The notes under the pieces were generated by a model. It was not told the origin of the DNA. It saw nothing but the letters and a program-made list of their open reading frames with translations, and searched no databases. Shown here piece after piece: positions 50,610-58,983 of a DNA stretch of 64,000 nt. This stretch comes from a bacterium (GTDB taxonomy: Bacteria; Margulisbacteria; WOR-1; O2-12-FULL-45-9; XYB2-FULL-48-7), in NCBI GenBank assembly GCA_043812655.1, contig JBDRLW010000046.1, positions 8,452-72,451 of the forward strand, written 5' to 3'. Numbering within the stretch: position 1 is the stretch's first letter; each line of letters opens with the position of its first letter. The position numbers were made by a program, and so were the translations under genes.

Positions 50610-51338
50610 ATGGACGGAATCATTATTGTTAATAAACCCCAAGGCTGGACATCATTTGATGTTGTCGCCAAGATCCGCAATTTAACCAGGGTCAAAAAAG
50701 TTGGCCATTCCGGGACGCTTGACCCAATGGCGACGGGAGTTCTCCCTGTTTTCCTTGGCAAAGCGACAAAATCGATAAACCAATACTTGAATGGTGATAA
50801 GGGGTACGATGGGGAGATGGCCATCGGCGTCAGGACTGATTCTGGAGATGCCGATGGTCAAATTCTAAATCCTAAATCCGAAATCCTAAACAATACCGAA
50901 ATCTCAATATCAAAATCCAAAATAGAAGAAATATTTAAGAAATATGTTGGTGAAATTGAACAGGTGCCGCCGATGTTTTCGGCGGTGAAGATCAACGGCC
51001 AGAGGCTTTACGAACTAGCGAGAAAAGGGATCGAAGTTGAACGGAAAGCAAGAAAAATAACCATTTACGCATTACGCATTACGCATTACGATTCGCCCGA
51101 CGCTACCCATCCACGCCTGACGTTTTCCGTCCTCTGCTCCAAAGGCACTTACATCCGCCAATTGGTAATGGATATTGGTGACGATCTGGGGTGTGGCGCA
51201 CATTTATCAAAGCTGGTCAGGACTTATGCGCATCCATTCCATCTCTCGCAAGCGATCGATATGGAAACGATCGTTAACCTGGCTAAGATCGGGAAATTAG
51301 AGACAATTGTTTTACCATATGAAACTAGTAACAGCTGA
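50610..51338 (+). CDS. truB: tRNA pseudouridine(55) synthase (no C-terminal PUA domain)
   Basis: KVGHSGTLDPMATGVL, QVPPMFSAVK, CSKGTYIR. Confidence 0.95.
   Translation: MDGIIIVNKPQGWTSFDVVAKIRNLTRVKKVGHSGTLDPMATGVLPVFLGKATKSINQYLNGDKGYDGEMAIGVRTDSGDADGQILNPKSEILNNTEISISKSKIEEIFKKYVGEIEQVPPMFSAVKINGQRLYELARKGIEVERKARKITIYALRITHYDSPDATHPRLTFSVLCSKGTYIRQLVMDIGDDLGCGAHLSKLVRTYAHPFHLSQAIDMETIVNLAKIGKLETIVLPYETSNS
50860..50923. repeat. In-frame AAATCCN heptamer tract within truB
   Basis: AAATTCT AAATCCT AAATCCG AAATCCT ... AAATCTC AATATCA AAATCCA. Confidence 0.8.
51064..51091. repeat. In-frame ATTACGC heptamer tract within truB
   Basis: TTTACGC ATTACGC ATTACGC ATTACGA. Confidence 0.85.
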
Positions 51339-51963
51339 CGAAATGGCGGAACTAGACCGCCATGCTATAAAAGACCTCAAAATCCCTTCTTTAACACTCA
51401 TGGAAAACGCGGGGAGAGCTGTGGCGGACGAAGTATGCAAAATTCCGGAAATCCATAAGATCCTTGTCGTTTGTGGAAAAGGTAACAATGGTGGAGATGG
51501 TTTTGTTGCGGCCAGATATTTGGCCGAAAGAGGTTATGAGGTTGAAGTTGTTCTAATCGGTAATCGGGATGAAGTAAAGCATGATCCGAAGGTAAATATT
51601 GAGCAGCTAAAAAAGTTAGAGGCCAACAACCCCACACTGAAGTGTGGGGAATATACCCCAGACTTTAGTCTGGGGTTGCAAGCCAAAGATATTATTGTGG
51701 ATTCCTTATTCGGTATCGGCCTAAAAACTGAATTAAAACCGCCTTACATTGACATCATTAATCAATTAAATTCGACCGGCAAACCGATCATTGCGGTCGA
51801 TGTTCCTTCCGGCCTAGACGCGACAACTGGCAAAGTCTTAGGCGCGGCGATCAAAGCGACCAAAACTGTCACTTTCGCGGCGGCTAAAACGGGGTTTTAT
51901 AAAGAAGAGGGACCGGCGCATACTGGGGAAGTGGTTGTTGTAGACATTGGGATTCCATTGTAG
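51319..51963 (+). CDS. nnrE: NAD(P)H-hydrate epimerase (YjeF-N domain only)
   Basis: LMENAG, CGKGNNGGDG, VDSLFGIG, AVDVPSG, DIGIP. Confidence 0.92.
   Translation: MKLVTADEMAELDRHAIKDLKIPSLTLMENAGRAVADEVCKIPEIHKILVVCGKGNNGGDGFVAARYLAERGYEVEVVLIGNRDEVKHDPKVNIEQLKKLEANNPTLKCGEYTPDFSLGLQAKDIIVDSLFGIGLKTELKPPYIDIINQLNSTGKPIIAVDVPSGLDATTGKVLGAAIKATKTVTFAAAKTGFYKEEGPAHTGEVVVVDIGIPL
51627..51678. repeat. REP-like palindrome doublet inside nnrE
   Basis: CAACCCCACAC-TGAA-GTGTGGGG and inverted ACCCCAGAC-TTTA-GTCTGGGGTTG. Confidence 0.85.
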
Positions 51964-54070
<2,107 letters not shown>

Positions 54071-54835
54071 ATGAAAGAAAAACTAAAACTGATTAAAAAC
54101 TTACTAGAAAAGCGGAGCGCCAGGCGGAAAGAGAAGGCCTTTGTCATTGAAGGGCCGCATTTGGTGGAAGAAGCGGGGGAGCGGGTAAAATTTATTGTTT
54201 ACAGTGAGAAGTTGCCAATCGTTAAAACGCTGGAAGAAAATGGGACGCCAGCTTATAAAATATCAAAAGAACAATATGCCGAAATCTCTCGAGTGGAGAC
54301 TCCGCAAGGTGTTTTGGCTGTAGTCAGAGAGTTTGGCTATTCGTTTAGAGATGTATTGAAAGAGGACAAAAGCTTAATCGTTTTTTGCCTTGGGGTACAG
54401 GATCCTGGCAATCTGGGTACAATTATCCGTTCAGCCGATGCGTTTGGGGCAACTGGAATCATCCTCTCTAAAGGAACAGTCGACCTGTATAATCCTAAAG
54501 TTATCCGCTCATCGATGGGTTCGCTTTTTCATCTCCCGATCGTTACGACCGAGGACGAAAAAGAAACCATTATGTATTTAAAGGAAAAAGGTGTTAAAAT
54601 TATTGCAACTGACGCGAAAGCCAGTAAGATCTGTTCGGCCGTAGATCTAAGTGGGCCGGTTGCGATAATTTTAGGGAATGAAGGGGAAGGGCTCTCTACT
54701 GAAATTACCGAAATGGTTGCGGAGTCAGTTAGAATTCCGATGGTTGGGCAAGCTGAATCATTAAATGTTGGGATGTCGGCGTCCGTTTTGTTATACGAAG
54801 TTTTGAGGCAGGGGGATAATGCAGGAAAAAATTAA
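54071..54835 (+). CDS. TrmH/SpoU-family RNA methyltransferase
   Basis: QDPGNLGTIIRSA, GNEGEG, IPM...ESLNV SPOUT motifs. Confidence 0.92.
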   Translation: MKEKLKLIKNLLEKRSARRKEKAFVIEGPHLVEEAGERVKFIVYSEKLPIVKTLEENGTPAYKISKEQYAEISRVETPQGVLAVVREFGYSFRDVLKEDKSLIVFCLGVQDPGNLGTIIRSADAFGATGIILSKGTVDLYNPKVIRSSMGSLFHLPIVTTEDEKETIMYLKEKGVKIIATDAKASKICSAVDLSGPVAIILGNEGEGLSTEITEMVAESVRIPMVGQAESLNVGMSASVLLYEVLRQGDNAGKN

Positions 54836-55835
54836 ACAAATTAAGGAAGAGGCTTTAAGAGTTATCCAGGCGGCAGGAAGTTTAGCTGCGCTTGACGATG
54901 CTAGGGTTAAATTTACCGGTAAAAAGAGCGAGCTACTCGAATTATTAAAGTCGCTGGGAACTTTATCGGCTGAAGAGCGGCCAATTGTCGGGGCTTTGGT
55001 TAATGAGACCAAAGGATTGATCGAGCAGGCGCTAAGAGAAAAGAAGATCGTCCTTTTACAAACGGAACAAAAACAAAAGATCGCGGCTGAAAAGATCGAT
55101 GTTACTCTGCCGGGAAAAGGGATCAGGCGCGGCCATTATCATCCGCTAACCCAGGTGATGGAAGAAGCTAAAGGAATATTTTTGCGGCTTGGCTTTGAAG
55201 TAGCGCAAGGGCCCGAGATCGAAACCGAATATTATAATTTTGATGGCTTAAATATCCCGCCGCATCATCCATCGCGCGATATGTGGTCGACTTTGTTCAT
55301 TAAAGATAATTTACTTTTGCGGACTCATACATCGCCTGTCCAGATCAGGGTGATGGAAAAGAGGAAGCCGCCGCTGGCGATCATTGCCCCTGGCCGGGTT
55401 TTTCGCCGTGATTACGATGCGACTCATTCACCGGTTTTTCAACAGCTGGAAGGATTCCTGGTTAATGAAAATGTGACCTTTGGCGATCTCAAAGGGACTT
55501 TGACCGAATTCTTGCGCCAAATGTTTGGCAAAGACAAAAAAGTTCGCTTCCGCCCGAGTTTTTTCCCGTTCACCGAACCATCGGCCGAAGTCGATGTTGA
55601 ATGTGTTATGTGCAATGGTAAAGGTTGCCGGCTCTGCAAAGAGACAGGCTGGTTAGAAATTTTGGGCTCGGGGATGATCGATCCTAATGTTTTTAAAGCG
55701 GTCGGCTACGATGCGGAAAAGGTCAGCGGGTTCGCGTTTGGCATGGGGATCGACCGGATCGCGATGCTCAAATACGGAATTGATAATATCCACTTGATGT
55801 ATGAAGATGATGTTAGATTTTTGGAGCAATTTTAA
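54819..55835 (+). CDS. pheS: Phenylalanine--tRNA ligase alpha subunit
   Basis: LRTHTSPVQIR, DATHSP, FRPSFFPFTEPS, GFAFGMG. Confidence 0.98.
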   Translation: MQEKIKQIKEEALRVIQAAGSLAALDDARVKFTGKKSELLELLKSLGTLSAEERPIVGALVNETKGLIEQALREKKIVLLQTEQKQKIAAEKIDVTLPGKGIRRGHYHPLTQVMEEAKGIFLRLGFEVAQGPEIETEYYNFDGLNIPPHHPSRDMWSTLFIKDNLLLRTHTSPVQIRVMEKRKPPLAIIAPGRVFRRDYDATHSPVFQQLEGFLVNENVTFGDLKGTLTEFLRQMFGKDKKVRFRPSFFPFTEPSAEVDVECVMCNGKGCRLCKETGWLEILGSGMIDPNVFKAVGYDAEKVSGFAFGMGIDRIAMLKYGIDNIHLMYEDDVRFLEQF

Positions 55836-57814
55836 TGCGTGTACCAATTGATTGGCTAAAAGAGTTAATTACATTTCGTTCTGGGCCTGACCAGTTGGCG
55901 CAGATGCTGACCAGCGGCGGGCTGGAAACAGTTCTATTGCCGGATGATATTTTAGAGATCGATGTTTTGCCAAACCGGGCCGACGCTTGGAGTGTCCGGG
56001 GTATCGCCAGGGAAGTGTCAGCGCTAACAAAATTTAAAACTAAAGAGACAGCGCTTAAGATCAAAGAATCCGGTAAAAAGGCCGCCGATTTCGTTAAGGT
56101 TGAAGTCCGGGATAAAGATCTTTGTCCCCGTTATATGGCCAGGGTGATCAAGAATGTTAAGATCGTTGAATCGCCGGAATGGCTGAAAAAACGGTTGGAA
56201 AGGTCGGGGCTTCGCTCAATAAACAATGTTGTTGATGTTACCAATTATCTTCTCCACGAACTTGGCCAGCCGATGCACGCGTTTGACGCGAATTTGATCA
56301 AAGAGCAATTTATTATTGTCCGCCGGGCTAATCCTGGTGAAAAAGTGGTTACTTTAGACGGCAAAGAACATAATTTAGACCCAGATACTTTGGTTATAGC
56401 CGATCAAGAGAAGATAATCGCGGTGGCTGGCGTTATGGGCGCGGCCAATACCGAAGTAAACCAAGAAACGAAAACGATAATCTTGGAGTCAGCTTATTTT
56501 AATCCGATCTCGATCCATAAAACTTCTAAATTAATTAAAACCAGAACAGAATCTTCTATCCGCTTTGAGCATGGAGTTGACTGGAATGTGGTGGAAGAGG
56601 CTCTTGATCGTGGTGCGGCGATGATCGCCGAGCTCGGTCGGGGTGAGATCTATAAAGGTAAGATCGATGTTATCGGTAAAGAAATTAAGCCAATTATGAT
56701 CGAATTGCGGACCGATCGGGTCAATAAACTGCTCGGGACCGATATTTCCGTCGGTGATATGACCAGTATTTTGGGTCGGCTGGGGTTTGAATTTAAAAAA
56801 ATAGATAGTACTAGGTTAAAAGTTACAGTCCCGCTCTTCCGTTTAATGGATATTGAGCGGGAAATTGATCTGATCGAAGAAATTGCCAGGATCTGGGGTT
56901 ATAACCGGATCGTGGGGACAATGCCCAATACCGCGTTTGCAGGCAAAGAAATCGATAAACAAGATCTCTTTCACCAGAAGATCAGGGAAGTTTTAGTCGG
57001 TAGCGGCCTAAATGAAGCCCAAACATACAGCATGGTCGGGCCAAAAGACTTTGAAAAGAGCGGGTTTCCGCTGGTGGCCGCGGTCGGAATTGCCAATCCA
57101 CTGGCGATCGAATCGAGTTTAATGCGCCCAGCCATTTTGCCGGGGCTCCTTAATGTTCTAACGCACAATCAAAACCGGCAGGTGGAGAATGTCTTTGTTT
57201 TTGAGATTGGAAAAATATTCAAGCCGGAAGAAGTTTGGCATTTAGGCGGAGTCTTATCTGGTTCGCCGTTTTTAAGCGCGCTGGATAAAGGGGAGATCGA
57301 TTATGCTTATCTAAAAGGTATCCTCGAGAATTTATTTAAGGCGCTCAATATTAAACTGCCACGAGTGATGGAGACCAATAATCAACTTTTGCAGCCAGGG
57401 AAGGGTGCGGAAATTGAGGGAATTGGTGTATTTGGCGCGCTTCATCCTAATCTGCTCCATAATTATGAATTTACCAAACCAGTTTTTGTTTTTGAGTTTA
57501 ACCTAGAAGCCTTATTTAAATTATCTGGCCAAGAACCAAAATATAATCAATTGCCCAAATTTCCTCCTTCAGCCAGAGATATTTCCATGTTTATCCCCGC
57601 CGAACTTGAAAACCAGACGATCATTCAGCTTATCAAGAGGGTCGGGGGAGAGCTAGTTGAAGATGTTTTTCCTTTTGATAAATATAAAGATAGCATTGCC
57701 TATCGAGTCATTTATCGTCACCTCGATCGGACTCTGACTGAAGATGAAGTGAATGCTAAACATCAGGAGGTGGTTCAGGCTTTAGTTTCTAAGTTGATGG
57801 TTAAAATAAGGTAA
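55835..57814 (+). CDS. pheT: Phenylalanine--tRNA ligase beta subunit (lacks B2 OB domain)
   Basis: PNRAD, INNVVDVTNY, GQPMHAFD, DLIEEIAR, RTLTEDEV; 659 aa. Confidence 0.95.
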   Translation: MRVPIDWLKELITFRSGPDQLAQMLTSGGLETVLLPDDILEIDVLPNRADAWSVRGIAREVSALTKFKTKETALKIKESGKKAADFVKVEVRDKDLCPRYMARVIKNVKIVESPEWLKKRLERSGLRSINNVVDVTNYLLHELGQPMHAFDANLIKEQFIIVRRANPGEKVVTLDGKEHNLDPDTLVIADQEKIIAVAGVMGAANTEVNQETKTIILESAYFNPISIHKTSKLIKTRTESSIRFEHGVDWNVVEEALDRGAAMIAELGRGEIYKGKIDVIGKEIKPIMIELRTDRVNKLLGTDISVGDMTSILGRLGFEFKKIDSTRLKVTVPLFRLMDIEREIDLIEEIARIWGYNRIVGTMPNTAFAGKEIDKQDLFHQKIREVLVGSGLNEAQTYSMVGPKDFEKSGFPLVAAVGIANPLAIESSLMRPAILPGLLNVLTHNQNRQVENVFVFEIGKIFKPEEVWHLGGVLSGSPFLSALDKGEIDYAYLKGILENLFKALNIKLPRVMETNNQLLQPGKGAEIEGIGVFGALHPNLLHNYEFTKPVFVFEFNLEALFKLSGQEPKYNQLPKFPPSARDISMFIPAELENQTIIQLIKRVGGELVEDVFPFDKYKDSIAYRVIYRHLDRTLTEDEVNAKHQEVVQALVSKLMVKIR

Positions 57815-57827
57815 AACAAAATAACGA

Positions 57828-57926
57828 GGAAACCGCGAAGTTTATTCGCCGGTTTCCGAGTTGCTGAATGGTTTCGTAACCAGCGACTAAACCCCGATGT
57901 AGGAATCGGGGCAAGCGTCGCGGTTA
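57828..57926. repeat. Inverted REP-like doublet with nested CCCCGAT hairpin
   Basis: GGAAACCGCGAA-GTTTA-TTCGC-C-GGTTTCC and AACC-A-GCGAC[TAAACCCCGATGTAGGAATCGGGGCAAGC]GTCGCGGTT. Confidence 0.8.
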
Positions 57927-57943
57927 ATTAAGGAGGTTTTGAT

Positions 57944-58288
57944 ATGAAAAAATGTTTAATTGTTGCTTTAATTGCTTTTACTGCATTGATTTTTGCTAAG
58001 GTCTCTTTTGCTCAAGAAGCGCCGATTGATCAGCCAAAACCTGGCCAAGAAATGGCTCAACCTCAAAGACCGGGACCCGGTGGTCAACCCTGGTTGGCAC
58101 AATATATTGGAAGTAAGGTTAAATTTGTTTCGATAGCTAGAGCTTATGCATGGTATGAGTTTAAGGGAGAATTACAAAAAGTTGAAATATCGGGTATAGT
58201 TGTTAAGGATATAACAGGTTGGCCAAACGGTAAAGAAGCTTTTTTCCCTTTTGGAACAATAGTATTCATTCAACCGGTTTCGGATTAG
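57944..58288 (+). CDS. Hypothetical secreted protein (signal peptide, P/Q linker, small beta domain)
   Basis: SD AAGGAGGT; MKK plus hydrophobic stretch and SFA/QE cleavage site. Confidence 0.75.
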   Translation: MKKCLIVALIAFTALIFAKVSFAQEAPIDQPKPGQEMAQPQRPGPGGQPWLAQYIGSKVKFVSIARAYAWYEFKGELQKVEISGIVVKDITGWPNGKEAFFPFGTIVFIQPVSD

Positions 58289-58306
58289 TTGAGGATAATA
58301 AACAAC

Positions 58307-58334
58307 AAATCCCCACACTTAAGTGTGGGGATTT
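58307..58334. repeat. Perfect 28-bp palindrome, same family as the nnrE element; may double as terminator
   Basis: AAATCCCCACACTTAAGTGTGGGGATTT. Confidence 0.85.
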
Positions 58335-58365
58335 AATTATATACTGTTGGAGGTAAGATTGCTGT

Positions 58366-58491
58366 ATGGATAAAAAACAAAAGAGTTGGCAAAAACGGTT
58401 TGAAGTATTTTTGAAAAAAGCTGATAAAAAGATGGTAAGGATTTCGTACGAAGAAATATCAAGTGAAGTTACTAAAACTAGATGTGAATAG
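58366..58491 (+). CDS. Small 41-aa ORF, possible antitoxin remnant
   Basis: SD GGAGGT at 58349-54; MDKKQKSWQKRFEVFLKKADKKMVRISYEEISSEVTKTRCE. Confidence 0.4.
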   Translation: MDKKQKSWQKRFEVFLKKADKKMVRISYEEISSEVTKTRCE

Positions 58492-58523
58492 TTATTAGTT
58501 GAATGCTATAATAACTATTAATC

Positions 58524-58763
58524 ATGCCGACTTTATTTGTAATTAATGGCTATAGGTTTTTCTTCTTTAGTAACGAGGGAAATGAACCTAAACATGTTCA
58601 TATTGAAAAAGCGGGAAAATACGCAAAGTTCTGGCTTGATCCAATTATTTTAGCCGTAAATTACGGTTTTAATAGCCCCGAATTGAAATTAATCGAAGAA
58701 TTAGTCGAAAATAAAAAGAAAGAAATTGAGGTGAAATGGAATGAATATTTCAGTATCGGTTGA
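58524..58763 (+). CDS. DUF4160-family protein (putative toxin-antitoxin component)
   Basis: MPTLFVINGYRFFFFSNEGNEPKHVHI...AKFWL...WNEYF pattern. Confidence 0.85.
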   Translation: MPTLFVINGYRFFFFSNEGNEPKHVHIEKAGKYAKFWLDPIILAVNYGFNSPELKLIEELVENKKKEIEVKWNEYFSIG

Positions 58764-58980
58764 CGCCAAAGCTTCTGGCCTGAAAATTACCAATGAAGAT
58801 TTATCTGTTGATCTGATCGATGGGAGGGAAGTGAAAGTCCCTTTGGTTTGGTTCCCAAAGCTTTTACGGGCAACTCCCGCACAAAGGAACAATTATCGCC
58901 TAATTGGCAATGGCATCGGTATCCATTGGATTGATTTAGATGAGGATCTGTCAGTTGAGGGTTTATTAGCTGTTAAGTAA
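58741..58980 (+). CDS. DUF2442-family protein (putative toxin-antitoxin component)
   Basis: VDLIDGREVKVPLVWFPKL...GIHWIDLDEDLSVEGLL pattern; overlaps DUF4160 gene. Confidence 0.88.
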   Translation: MNISVSVDAKASGLKITNEDLSVDLIDGREVKVPLVWFPKLLRATPAQRNNYRLIGNGIGIHWIDLDEDLSVEGLLAVK

Positions 58981-58983
58981 ATC

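Noticed and set aside
57815-57943. Possible 6S RNA or other ncRNA downstream of pheT
   Set aside because: Only about 130 nt, and the structure is explained by hairpin units that recur inside mutS
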